Both the position numbers and the translations under genes were made by a program. This document shows, in pieces, positions 33,461 to 41,892 of a DNA stretch of 64,000 nucleotides; position 1 is the stretch's first letter, and each line of letters starts with the position of its first letter. A model generated the notes under the pieces. The model did no database searches, was not told where the DNA came from, and was given only the letters and a program-made list of their open reading frames with translations. The stretch comes from Thermoproteota archaeon (GTDB lineage Archaea; Korarchaeota; Korarchaeia; Korarchaeales; Korarchaeaceae): assembly GCA_027492205.1 (NCBI GenBank), contig JAOZFN010000007.1, forward strand, positions 150,045 to 214,044, written 5' to 3'.

Positions 33461-34906
33461 TCAGTAGCTGCGTCCGATCCACGCCCTGTGCGGAGAAGGA
33501 GAGCCGCATACTATGCAGGGCCGCTCTTCTCCGCTCAGGGCTCCCTCCTCGTACCCCAGGATTCCGTAGCCTATCTCCTCCTCAACGGTGTGGGCGCACT
33601 CCTCCCGCCCGCACCAAGCGAAGCTAGCGAGCTTGCCCGCCGAGATGGCCTCTCGGATTTCGTCAAAGTTCTCCGCGTGCGTCAGCCTGCTCTCGAAGTA
33701 CCTCTTAGCCTCTTCCCTGAGGGCGCTCTCGTACTCCTCGAGCACCCGGCGGATGCCCTCAACCAGCTCCCGCTCTGGGATCTTGACGCGCTCGACTCTG
33801 TCCCTCCTCGCCACCGAGACGTAGCCTCCCTTGACCTCCTGGGGCCCCACATCGATCTTCAGCGGGACTCCCCTGATGTCCCACTTGTAGTACTTGTAGC
33901 CCGGCCGCTCGTCCGACTCGTCTATCTCGACCCGGAATCCAGCCTCCTTAAGCCTCCGATAGAATTCCCTGGCCTTTGCGATGACGGGCTCCTTCTCTTC
34001 TGCCTTGGGAATCGGTATTACCACCATCTGCACCGGCGCTATCTTGGGGGGGAGCTTCAGCCCCCTGTCGTCGCCGTGGATCGCGATTACTGCTGCCAGA
34101 CTTCTCTCCGAGATCCCGAAGGAGGTAGTGTTCACGTACCTCCGCTCCCCTTTCTCGTCCATGTAGGTCAGATCGTACGCCCTGGCGAAGAGATCCCCGA
34201 AGTTGATGACGCTACCCAGCTCGAGGGCCTTCCCGTCCGGCATTATGGTGATGAGGTCTATGTTGTACTTCGCGCCCGGGAAGGTGTCCCACGGGAGGGT
34301 TTTCACCACCAGGTACGGGACCATCAGCTCGTCGTAGAACTGGCGGTAGATCTTGACGCCCAGCTCGACCTGCTCGATCGCCTCCTCGAGGGTGGCGTGG
34401 AAGGTGTGACCCTCCTTGAAGAATGCTATCTCCCGGACCCTTATCAAGGGGCGGGTGGCCTTGGTCTCGAACCTGTACACGGGGACTATCTGGTATATCC
34501 TGAGCGGGAGGTCCGCGTAGCTCTGTATCCACCGTGATAGGACCTCATACATGATGGCCTCGCTCGTGGGTCTCAGAGCCAAGGGCTCTGGGGCGGGGCC
34601 GGTGCCCAACCGGGTGATCCAGTAAACCGAGTCCTGAAATCCCTTTATGAACTCGAACTCCCTCCCAAGGACGCTTTGTGGGACGACTCCCGGGAAGTAA
34701 ACCCTCCTGTGGCCGGTCTCCCTCAGAAGTCGCTCCATTATGTCCATTACCGCCTCCATGATGGCGTAGCCGAAGGGCAGCCAGACGTACATTCCCTTAA
34801 CTGGGTACCTCTCGTCCAAGATGCCCGACTTGAAGATGACCTCGTCGAACCACCTGGAGAAGTCCTCCTCCTTGGGGGTCAGCTCGAACGCCTTCCTCTC
34901 GGACAT
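33461..34906 (-). CDS. proS: Prolyl-tRNA synthetase (archaeal/eukaryotic type)
   Basis: 481 aa. Contains FSRWFDEVIFKSGILD, class II motifs and a C-terminal zinc-binding tail (CIVCG). A TATA (TTTAATTT on the minus strand) overlaps the upstream gene's stop at about 34951-34958. Confidence 0.92.
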   Translation of the reverse strand: MSERKAFELTPKEEDFSRWFDEVIFKSGILDERYPVKGMYVWLPFGYAIMEAVMDIMERLLRETGHRRVYFPGVVPQSVLGREFEFIKGFQDSVYWITRLGTGPAPEPLALRPTSEAIMYEVLSRWIQSYADLPLRIYQIVPVYRFETKATRPLIRVREIAFFKEGHTFHATLEEAIEQVELGVKIYRQFYDELMVPYLVVKTLPWDTFPGAKYNIDLITIMPDGKALELGSVINFGDLFARAYDLTYMDEKGERRYVNTTSFGISERSLAAVIAIHGDDRGLKLPPKIAPVQMVVIPIPKAEEKEPVIAKAREFYRRLKEAGFRVEIDESDERPGYKYYKWDIRGVPLKIDVGPQEVKGGYVSVARRDRVERVKIPERELVEGIRRVLEEYESALREEAKRYFESRLTHAENFDEIREAISAGKLASFAWCGREECAHTVEEEIGYGILGYEEGALSGEERPCIVCGSPSPHRAWIGRSY

Positions 34907-34953
34907 GTGAGACCAACCCCGCCCTGCGCGACCCGCCCGGTATCTGCCCCAAA

Positions 34954-35592
34954 TTAAAGGATGCCACCCCTGGCATCAGCCAGCCTCTCCATAGACCTCA
35001 GCATGTTGTAGGTGGACCCGGGGAACTCGTCCTCCAGGGAGAAAACCAGGTCTAGCATGGGAGACGATCTCGTATTCTCCTGCTGGAAGGCAGCGGCCAG
35101 CTCCCAGCCCAGCACGTCGTAGAGGGGGAGAACCACGTCCAACCCGTCAGGCGGATCTGGATACAGGAGACGGCCTCTCAGGAGCAGACACCCGCCCCTT
35201 CCAGAGATCCAGAGCAGGTTGTTGGCGACTGTCTCCTCCGCGGTCAGCGGGAGGACCACCTTCTCTATACCCCGCCGGGTGGCCTCTAAGATGGCGGTCT
35301 TGAGGTACAGGCAGTTGACGGGCCTCTCACCATCCACGATCGCGAGGAACGATATCCTGACCTTCGGAAAGTCCCGCTCGACCTCGAGGAGCAAGCTCAT
35401 CCCGAGCTCGTCGACCGTGACACCGCTCCTGACGACCGCTAGGACGTTGGACTCGGGAGTCAGCAGCTGATACCTTGCTATTGCCCTCCTGACCTTATGA
35501 TGGAGCGACTCTCGCAGGCATTGGAGGCAGAGCCTCTCTCCTGAGTACCTCCTGTGGTAGACCGCCTGCCTCCGCCCACAGGCCGTGCACAT
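34954..35592 (-). CDS. TtuA/Ncs6-like protein with N-terminal zinc finger but degenerate PP-loop and no Fe-S cysteines (probable pseudoenzyme)
   Basis: MCTACGRRQAVYHRRYSGERLCLQCLRESLHHKVRRAIARYQLLT parallels the TtuA N-terminus. SGGKDS is replaced by RSGVTVDE. I start it at ATG 35592. The ORF track extends to 35736 through a Ser-rich segment antisense to the divergent gene. Confidence 0.55.
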   Translation of the reverse strand: MCTACGRRQAVYHRRYSGERLCLQCLRESLHHKVRRAIARYQLLTPESNVLAVVRSGVTVDELGMSLLLEVERDFPKVRISFLAIVDGERPVNCLYLKTAILEATRRGIEKVVLPLTAEETVANNLLWISGRGGCLLLRGRLLYPDPPDGLDVVLPLYDVLGWELAAAFQQENTRSSPMLDLVFSLEDEFPGSTYNMLRSMERLADARGGIL

Positions 35593-35647
35593 GGGGGTGC
35601 TCGACCGCGCGTTAAAGGGTGATCCCCGGGAGCGGCTCGGGGGGTTG

Positions 35648-36346
35648 ATGGGACTAAAACCTGAGCGGCGAGTGGTGTACGGTCCGGACAGGTGGAGGCT
35701 GCTGGATGAACTCAGGATCAGGGCCGAGGATGTCATGAGCCGCCTAGCCAGCGCGGGCCAGCCGTCCCTGGTCTACGGGAGCGTGGCCAGGGGCGATGTG
35801 GACGAGAAGAGCGACGTCGATGTGGTGATCCTGAGGCCTAGGCTCCCTGCGTCCACTATCGAGATGATCCTCAGGGAGGAGTTAGGCGACCCGGTGAGGA
35901 GGGAGATAACGCAGGCTACGCCCTCCAGCGCCGTCAAGGGATACATCCACTTCGATGGAAACGTGGTCGTCTCGCTTCCCTTAACTGGCCTGGGAGAGAG
36001 GGAGGAGGAATTCTACCGGTTTGGCGGCTGCCTGGACCTGGAGGGGCTTAGAAATTGTGAGCGCGCTCCCGGAGTAAACAAAGAACTCATGCTGATAATA
36101 CCGACCCCTGAGGGACACGCAGAAGTTTCGGTGAGGGGTAGGGAGGAGGTCGTCGCAAGGGTTCTGGGCATTTCGGTGGGTACCGTCGAGGAGAGAGTTC
36201 GGGTGCTGACCGAGAGGAGAATTCGAGGGAAGACCGGGCTCTACGTTCACTACACCCTCGGGCTCAACGAGAGCTTCGAAGGCGCGCTGAAGAGGCTGGC
36301 CAGCGTGAAGAAGGGGCTTAGGAGGAGGCTCGGAGAATTGTTTTGA
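35648..36346 (+). CDS. Pol-beta-superfamily nucleotidyltransferase-domain protein (conserved archaeal family, function unknown)
   Basis: YGSVARGDVDEKSDVDVVI is the GS-x9-D-x-D nucleotidyltransferase motif. About 150 aa follow it at the C-terminus. The ORF-track start at 35585 would overlap the divergent gene's ATG, so I prefer ATG 35648. Confidence 0.6.
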   Translation: MGLKPERRVVYGPDRWRLLDELRIRAEDVMSRLASAGQPSLVYGSVARGDVDEKSDVDVVILRPRLPASTIEMILREELGDPVRREITQATPSSAVKGYIHFDGNVVVSLPLTGLGEREEEFYRFGGCLDLEGLRNCERAPGVNKELMLIIPTPEGHAEVSVRGREEVVARVLGISVGTVEERVRVLTERRIRGKTGLYVHYTLGLNESFEGALKRLASVKKGLRRRLGELF

Positions 36347-36395
36347 GCGGCGGCAGCGAGATAGCTCAGACGCGTGCCTCTTCTGGCGAGGAGCC

Positions 36396-36692
36396 ATGAG
36401 GGGAGTCTTTGCGGCTGCGCTGTCGGCCCTGCTGATCTTGCCCACCATCAGCGTAGTCGCCTGCGCCAGTCCCGGAATATCTCACTCTCGGGCCTTCGAG
36501 GGGTTCAAGGCGGAGCTGATTGAGATACTATCCTTCTTGAAGGAGACGGCGCTTGAGATAGGGAGAATTCTCTCGGGCACCCTGATAGCGTTGGGAGTCG
36601 TGCTTTGGGCATCCGACGTGTTCTCCTACAAGGGGAGGAAGCTCATCACGTCGGGCGTGATACTCTACTTCATCCTCGAACTCTTGGGCTAG
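36396..36692 (+). CDS. Small hypothetical membrane protein (signal peptide plus two-helix hairpin)
   Basis: 98 aa. A hydrophobic N-terminus (AAALSALLILPTISVVACA) and two C-terminal TM segments are present. No recognisable family. Confidence 0.45.
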   Translation: MRGVFAAALSALLILPTISVVACASPGISHSRAFEGFKAELIEILSFLKETALEIGRILSGTLIALGVVLWASDVFSYKGRKLITSGVILYFILELLG

Positions 36693-36707
36693 GCAAGGCC
36701 CGGCGCC

Positions 36708-37796
36708 CTACTCGGAAACCGGGAAGCGGAGGAAGGCTACAATCCCCCCGAGGGAGTCAAGCATCTGCCCAGGCTCTGAGTCCGAGTCCAATATGCGGAA
36801 GTTGGCCCTGGTCCGCCTGCACATCTCCAACATCCGCATCGCCTCGTCCCTTGTGGACGGGTCGAACAGCAACTTGCTGGACAGCAGCATGATCTCCACG
36901 GCGCCAAGTGACAGGGCTTTTGAGACCTGCTCGAGTCCGTAGGTGACGAGTCCGGAGCCCTTGGACAGCTCGCGGAGGAAGTCCTGGAGGAGACCCGCGT
37001 CCCTCGAGATGGATAGCTCTCTGGCCACTCTGTCAATCTCCCCCCTGCGAAGAACCTCGTAGATTCCGCTGAGCGTTGCGGACGACGAGTCGACCACCCT
37101 GATCAGGTTCGCCAGCTCGGGCGACCTCTCCTCGATGAACCTCGCAAGCTCCTCCTTGAAGAAGCCCGGTCCCGTCAGCACTATGGCCTCCGGAGAGTAC
37201 CTCTCTGCAAGTCTCTCCAGTAGCTCAGCAAGCTCTCGCTGAAACTCCCTATTCAGCGCGCTCTGAATCCTCTTTGAGCGGAGGTTCGCTGTTCTGGACG
37301 CTCTCAGCGACGCCTCGGGTGCGACCCGAAAGTCTGAGATCACGGCGACAACCGCGTCCCTGTCGTCCAAGGCGACGGTCAGGACCTTGGGCGATAGGGT
37401 CGACCTCTCTGCCCTGTCCAGGAATTCCAAGAGCGTGTCGCTCCAGGACTCCTTCTGGATCGTGAGCCGCGACCCCGGAGAGATGTCCAGGGAGTGGTGC
37501 TTCCCCTGAATCCCCAACCACTCCGGGGCCCTCCTGACCACGCCGAGGACTCGAAGCGAAGCCCCCCTGGGGCCGACCTCAACCTTCTCCACCTCGATCG
37601 TCAGCGTAACCGGAACGCGCTCTCCGCTGTCCGCCCTCTGCTGACCCTCGGGCTTGTACCTCCGCGTCGTCCGGGCGGTTATCAGGTCGCCAGGTTTGAT
37701 TATGAGGGACAGCCAGTAGAGGTCCTCCTGGCCGTCGACCTTCACAGTCACTATGCCCCTTCTTTCGTCCCTCTTCAGTACCCTCATGCGGATCAC
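36708..37796 (-). CDS. pelA: Pelota (Dom34 homolog, mRNA surveillance / ribosome rescue)
   Basis: 362 aa. The N-terminal VTVKVDGQEDLYWLSLIIKPGDLI and an eRF1-like domain layout are present. The start is possibly the Met at MRVLK. Confidence 0.9.
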   Translation of the reverse strand: MIRMRVLKRDERRGIVTVKVDGQEDLYWLSLIIKPGDLITARTTRRYKPEGQQRADSGERVPVTLTIEVEKVEVGPRGASLRVLGVVRRAPEWLGIQGKHHSLDISPGSRLTIQKESWSDTLLEFLDRAERSTLSPKVLTVALDDRDAVVAVISDFRVAPEASLRASRTANLRSKRIQSALNREFQRELAELLERLAERYSPEAIVLTGPGFFKEELARFIEERSPELANLIRVVDSSSATLSGIYEVLRRGEIDRVARELSISRDAGLLQDFLRELSKGSGLVTYGLEQVSKALSLGAVEIMLLSSKLLFDPSTRDEAMRMLEMCRRTRANFRILDSDSEPGQMLDSLGGIVAFLRFPVSE

Positions 37797-37805
37797 GCGT
37801 TGGAC

Positions 37806-39101
37806 CTACTCCAGCGTGTAGACCTTCAACCCAACGGGTATCCTGCTCAGCTCGTAGGTCCTTCTACCGACTATCACCCTGATCCCAGAGAGGTGCGCCT
37901 TGTCCACAATTCGCTGAGTAACGTTCCCATCGTACACGAGGTACTTCGCTCCGTCAACCGAGTCCAGCTGCTCGTGCAGGTCGCTCACCCTTACCTCCTT
38001 CACCTTTTTCATGTCCTCGGACAGGAGGATCGCCCTTCCGCTGGAGATTGCCTCTTTAACCCAGTCTCTGAACTCCTTGGGGATCCGCTTCTCCCACAGC
38101 TCCTCAACCGGAGGAGGTCCGGCGTGCTTCGTCACGGCGGATCCCGCCTGAGGTTGTTGAATCTCCGCGGGAGCCTGAGGCGGGGGTGGCCTACTCACGG
38201 GCTTGGGGATCCCCATCCTCTCCCGCTCTTCGGACGCTGGAACTGCAGACTCAAGCGCCTTCCTGATCTCCTTGGCCGTGAGGTCTTGCACGCCCTTGCC
38301 AGGGGGGGCCCTAGCGACGTAGTCCACATCCGTCTGCTCCAAGAGGGCCCTGAGAACCATCTCCCCTCCGCGATCCCCGTCAACGAAGGCTATGGCGTCC
38401 TTCTGGGCTATCAGCTTCACCACCGTGTCGGGGACCCTCTCGACGGCCCCGCCGACCGATATGACGTTGGTCCAGCCGTACCTCAGCATGTTTACGACGT
38501 CCGCCCGGCCCTCCACGACTATCAGCTCCTCGGACTCGTCCACCCCAGGGCCGGCTGGGAGCCTTTCTGGGCCGTAAAAGACCACCTCTTCGCGGGAGGC
38601 CTCCCTCAGGATCTTGTCAAGCAAGTCCTTGGACGACTCCGCTGCCTGGCTCCTCCACTCCTTGAGTATCTCCACGGCCCTCTTAGCAATAAATCTCCTC
38701 TTCTCCTCACGTTCATCTGTAATTTTTCTCAATTTGACCTTTGCAGTATAAGGTCCAACACGATCAACGCTCTCCATGGCGGCGGCGATAATGGCCGTCC
38801 GGGCCTTGTCTAGGCTGCAGCCGACCTGAATGACGCCCCTTGTCTTGGCGCCCTCGTTCTTGAGGTGAACCTTTATCCTGCCTATCTTTCCTGTCCTCTG
38901 GAGCTCTCTCAGCTCTAGCTCGGGCCCTATAAGACCCTCAAGCTGACCGAACAGCGCCCCTATAACGTCGCTGTCGTCCACATGACCGTTAACGACTATG
39001 TCGAGGTGGATCAGGTACTTGGGGTGGTGCTCTGCGTCCCTGTTCCTGTTCCCAGGGGGCCTCGACTCGAACCCAGGGGAATTCCTCAAGTCAAACATCA
39101 C
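37806..39101 (-). CDS. dnaG: Archaeal DnaG (TOPRIM primase-like, exosome-associated)
   Basis: 431 aa. The TOPRIM segment LIVVEGRADVVNMLRYGWTNVISVGG is present. GTG at 39101 is followed immediately by ATG 39098, and a GGAGAGGUG SD-like sequence lies upstream. Confidence 0.9.
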   Translation of the reverse strand: MMFDLRNSPGFESRPPGNRNRDAEHHPKYLIHLDIVVNGHVDDSDVIGALFGQLEGLIGPELELRELQRTGKIGRIKVHLKNEGAKTRGVIQVGCSLDKARTAIIAAAMESVDRVGPYTAKVKLRKITDEREEKRRFIAKRAVEILKEWRSQAAESSKDLLDKILREASREEVVFYGPERLPAGPGVDESEELIVVEGRADVVNMLRYGWTNVISVGGAVERVPDTVVKLIAQKDAIAFVDGDRGGEMVLRALLEQTDVDYVARAPPGKGVQDLTAKEIRKALESAVPASEERERMGIPKPVSRPPPPQAPAEIQQPQAGSAVTKHAGPPPVEELWEKRIPKEFRDWVKEAISSGRAILLSEDMKKVKEVRVSDLHEQLDSVDGAKYLVYDGNVTQRIVDKAHLSGIRVIVGRRTYELSRIPVGLKVYTLE

Positions 39102-39224
39102 CTCTCCTCAAGCGGGTATTGAGCCTGGAACGGCGCCCAGACTCCTCCAACCACCCAATCAATTGCGATTGATCATCAAACTCGACCGATAACACTCCCT
39201 TCAACACCCGGTCTGAGAGGGGGT

Positions 39225-39307
39225 TGTGCGCCTGCCAACTAATCCCGCGGGCTCACCGGTCGGCCCACGCCGTCCTCCCTCGCCCGGGGTCATGCAGTGG
39301 CAGGCGC
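39225..39307 (-). ncRNA. Candidate single-hairpin H/ACA guide sRNA
   Basis: On the minus strand a perfect 10-bp lower stem (39307-39298 with 39237-39228) is followed immediately by ACA (39227-39225). An internal loop (CUGCAUGA / AUUAGU) follows, then an 8-bp upper stem with one bulge, then tandem GA/GA with a GGU bulge (K-turn-like). A TATA lies about 25-28 nt upstream. Confidence 0.45.
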
Positions 39308-39330
39308 CATGCCTATTCTCTCAGGGACCC

Positions 39331-39339
39331 CAAATTTAA
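39331..39339 (-). promoter_or_regulatory. TATA box (TTAAATTTG on the minus strand) overlapping the GGPP synthase stop codon
   Basis: It is centred about 27 nt upstream of the first base of the 10-bp stem at 39307. Confidence 0.45.
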
Positions 39340-40415
39340 CGGTTCCTGAACACGAGCGCGTCGGCAAGCTCTGAGAGGAGCTGTAAGAACTCTGGGTCTG
39401 CAGCTCCCTCAAGGGATTTCAAGGCAGCCTTAGACTCCTCCAAGAGTTCTATTGCCTTCGAGCGTGCATAGTCGAGCGAGCCAGTCTTTCTCACCACGTT
39501 CCTGACGAAGTCTACATCTTCGTCGCCTGCAGACGGGTTGCCCAAGATGCTCAGCATCCTATCCCTCTCCTGAGGAGAGCAGCGCTCTAAAGCCCGTATT
39601 ATTAGGATGGTACGCTTTCCCTCCTTCACGTCCGAGTCCGCTGGCTTGCCCGTAACCTTTGGGTCTCCGAACAGCCCCAGAATGTCGTCCACTATCTGGA
39701 ACGCCACCCCCACCTTGTGCCCGTAATCGTCAAGGTGTCTGAGGAGCGAGTCCGGCGCGCCGGCTAGAATGGCTCCCATCTTAAGGGAGGCCGCGAAGAG
39801 GGCGCCTGTCTTGAGAGAGAGCATCCTGAGCACCGCCTGCTCATCTGGCACCTCCTCGCTGCAGCTCAGGTAGAGGTCCAGCAGCTGACCCTCAATCAGC
39901 CTCCTGTAGGCCTCGACATACTCGACGGCCGCGGCGTTGGCCCTGCCAAATGGAAATCCGGACTTAAGGAGGGTCTCAATCCCCAGCCCCAGCAGGCTGT
40001 CGCCTCCGAGGATACCGATCGAGATCCCAATGTTGGATGGAGCTCTCTCCACCCCCAGCGATGCGAACCAGTCGCGCCCAAGGACGTGAAAGGCCGGCCC
40101 ACCCCTCCTCGTCAGGCTCTCATCCATGATGTCGTCGTGGATCAGAGAAGACGCGTGGAGGAGCTCGACGGATATGGCCGCCCGGTAGATGCCCTCGTGG
40201 TCCCCTCCGAATCCCCTGTACGCCGCCACCACCGACAGGGGCCTTAACCTCTTTCCTCCCCTCAAGAGGTACTCTGTGAGCTTTTCGTAGTAGTCTGAGG
40301 TCTCACGGGACGGAGATTCAGCGCTAATCTCCTGCATGAACCTTGAAATCTCCTCGTTAATGCGGCCCTTGTTCTCCGAGATGAAAGCCTCGAGTATTCC
40401 GGTCATCTCACCCAC
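39336..40415 (-). CDS. idsA: Geranylgeranyl diphosphate synthase (trans-polyprenyl synthetase)
   Basis: 359 aa. The first Asp-rich motif LIHDDIMDE and the second FQIVDDILG are present. Confidence 0.9.
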   Translation of the reverse strand: MGEMTGILEAFISENKGRINEEISRFMQEISAESPSRETSDYYEKLTEYLLRGGKRLRPLSVVAAYRGFGGDHEGIYRAAISVELLHASSLIHDDIMDESLTRRGGPAFHVLGRDWFASLGVERAPSNIGISIGILGGDSLLGLGIETLLKSGFPFGRANAAAVEYVEAYRRLIEGQLLDLYLSCSEEVPDEQAVLRMLSLKTGALFAASLKMGAILAGAPDSLLRHLDDYGHKVGVAFQIVDDILGLFGDPKVTGKPADSDVKEGKRTILIIRALERCSPQERDRMLSILGNPSAGDEDVDFVRNVVRKTGSLDYARSKAIELLEESKAALKSLEGAADPEFLQLLSELADALVFRNR

Positions 40416-40445
40416 ACCGTCTCGCCAACGCCTATCGAAAACCAG

Positions 40446-40454
40446 TTTTTAAAA
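40446..40454. promoter_or_regulatory. Palindromic TATA element TTTTTAAAA in the divergent idsA / trpS spacer
   Basis: It is the only AT-rich element in the 85-nt spacer. It lies about 35 nt from the idsA ATG and about 51 nt from the trpS TTG. Confidence 0.45.
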
Positions 40455-40500
40455 CGCAACCGACGGGCTCGGGAGGTGACCTCGCCTGCCGCCAAATGAA

Positions 40501-41622
40501 TTGGATCCTTGGTCCAGCGACCTAATTCAAGACTACAAAAGACTAGTGGAGCAATTCGGTCTATCCGAGATTAGAGACGATCACTTAGAGTTCTTCGGGG
40601 ACGCGCCCTTCTTCCGCCGCAGGATAATCTTCGCACACCGCGACTTGGATGTGATAGCCGAGGCCATCAGGACCGGGAAGGAGTATGCGGTCCTGACTGG
40701 GATAAAGCCCACGGGGGAGTACCACCTTGGAACGTTTCAGACCGTGAAGGAGTTCGTGTACTTCCAAAGGAAGTCGAGAAGCGCCGTAGCCTTGTTCTCG
40801 ATAGCCGACGTAGAGGCGTGGGAGGACAACGGGCAGGACTTTGACGTCAGCAGGAAGGTGGCCGTCAGCAACGTGGCCGACCTCCTGGCAGCGGGCCTGG
40901 ACCCCGAGAGGTCCTACATCTACTTTCAGAGCAAGGAGATCAGGGTACACGAGATAGCGGCCCTGGCCGCTAGAGGGATCACCCTGGCGACGATGAAGGC
41001 GGTGTACGGCGAGAGGCACATGGGGCTATATCTGTCGGCCCTGGTCCAGATAGGGGACATCCTCCTCCCCCAGCATCCCGACTTGGGTGGGCCTAAGCCC
41101 ACAATAGTGCCCGTCGGCGTGGACCAGGACCCCCACCTCCGCCTAACGAGGGATGTCACCGCCAAGCTGAGGTCAAAGTGGGGTTTCATGGAGCCCTCCT
41201 CCACGTACCACCTGATCATCAGGAGCCTGCTGGGCGACAAGAAGATGTCCAAGCGTGACCCCATGAGCTACATAAGCCTGAGAGACGACGAGGACCTGGT
41301 TCGCAGGAAGATTCTGAACGCGTTCACGGGAGGTCGGGAGACGGCGAAGCTCCAGCGGGAGCTCGGCGGAGAGCCTTGGCGGTGCGTGGTGTATGAGATA
41401 GCTAAGTTCCACCTCTTCCCAGAGGGGGACCCTGAGCTTGAGAGGATCTACAGAGAGTGTGTTAACGGGGAGCGGCTCTGCGGCGAGTGTAAGGCACAGA
41501 TAACTGAAGAGCTGCTCAGAGAAATGCGTGAGCACGAGAAGAGAAGGGCGGAGGTTCTCCCACTCGCCAAAAAGATCGTTGAGAGGGCGTCCAGGCGCCA
41601 ACCTTTATATAGCCTGGCCTGA
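40501..41622 (+). CDS. trpS: Tryptophanyl-tRNA synthetase (archaeal/eukaryotic type) with a C-terminal four-cysteine motif
   Basis: 373 aa. Contains DPWSS...DYKRLVEQFG, PTGEYHLGT (HIGH), KMSKRDP (KMSKS) and C-x24-C-x6-C-x2-C near the C-terminus. Confidence 0.9.
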   Translation: MDPWSSDLIQDYKRLVEQFGLSEIRDDHLEFFGDAPFFRRRIIFAHRDLDVIAEAIRTGKEYAVLTGIKPTGEYHLGTFQTVKEFVYFQRKSRSAVALFSIADVEAWEDNGQDFDVSRKVAVSNVADLLAAGLDPERSYIYFQSKEIRVHEIAALAARGITLATMKAVYGERHMGLYLSALVQIGDILLPQHPDLGGPKPTIVPVGVDQDPHLRLTRDVTAKLRSKWGFMEPSSTYHLIIRSLLGDKKMSKRDPMSYISLRDDEDLVRRKILNAFTGGRETAKLQRELGGEPWRCVVYEIAKFHLFPEGDPELERIYRECVNGERLCGECKAQITEELLREMREHEKRRAEVLPLAKKIVERASRRQPLYSLA

Positions 41623-41846
41623 TGGGCTCGCGGAGAGGGCCCATGGGAACAGTCAGGGAGAAGGCCATAAAGAGAATGGCCTACAAGCTCGTCAAGCAGT
41701 ATCCCGAGCTCTGGACCACGGACTTTGAGCACAACAAGAGGATCCTTCAGAGGATAGCTGACGTGCGGTCCAAGGTGTACAGAAACCGGGTGGCCGGCTA
41801 CATAACCAGACTCAAGAAGAGGGAGCTTCAGGGAACCCTAGTCTGA
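41622..41846 (+). CDS. rps17e: Ribosomal protein S17e (eS17)
   Basis: 74 aa. GTVREKAIKRMAYKLVKQYPELWTTDFEHNKR is typical of eS17. Its ATG overlaps the trpS stop (TGATG). Confidence 0.9.
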   Translation: MGSRRGPMGTVREKAIKRMAYKLVKQYPELWTTDFEHNKRILQRIADVRSKVYRNRVAGYITRLKKRELQGTLV

Positions 41847-41892
41847 TTCCACTCCTCTCCCGGCTGGATTCCCTCCCTTTCAACCGTTTCGC

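Noticed and set aside
33452-34537. 361-aa + strand ORF antisense to proS
   Set aside because: The explanation is the same. ProRS on the minus strand is complete and conserved, and the antisense product has skewed composition and no motifs.
37494-38813. 439-aa + strand ORF spanning the Pelota/DnaG junction on the opposite strand
   Set aside because: It crosses two well-supported minus-strand genes and their intergenic gap. Its composition (L/P/R/H-rich) is typical of antisense GC-rich frames.
39131-39184. Minus-strand UUGAUGA C-box-like motif (39179-39173) in the same spacer as the H/ACA candidate
   Set aside because: There is no CUGA D box at the right distance (only CUGG). There is no complementary terminal stem, and the C box is preceded by U where a purine is expected.
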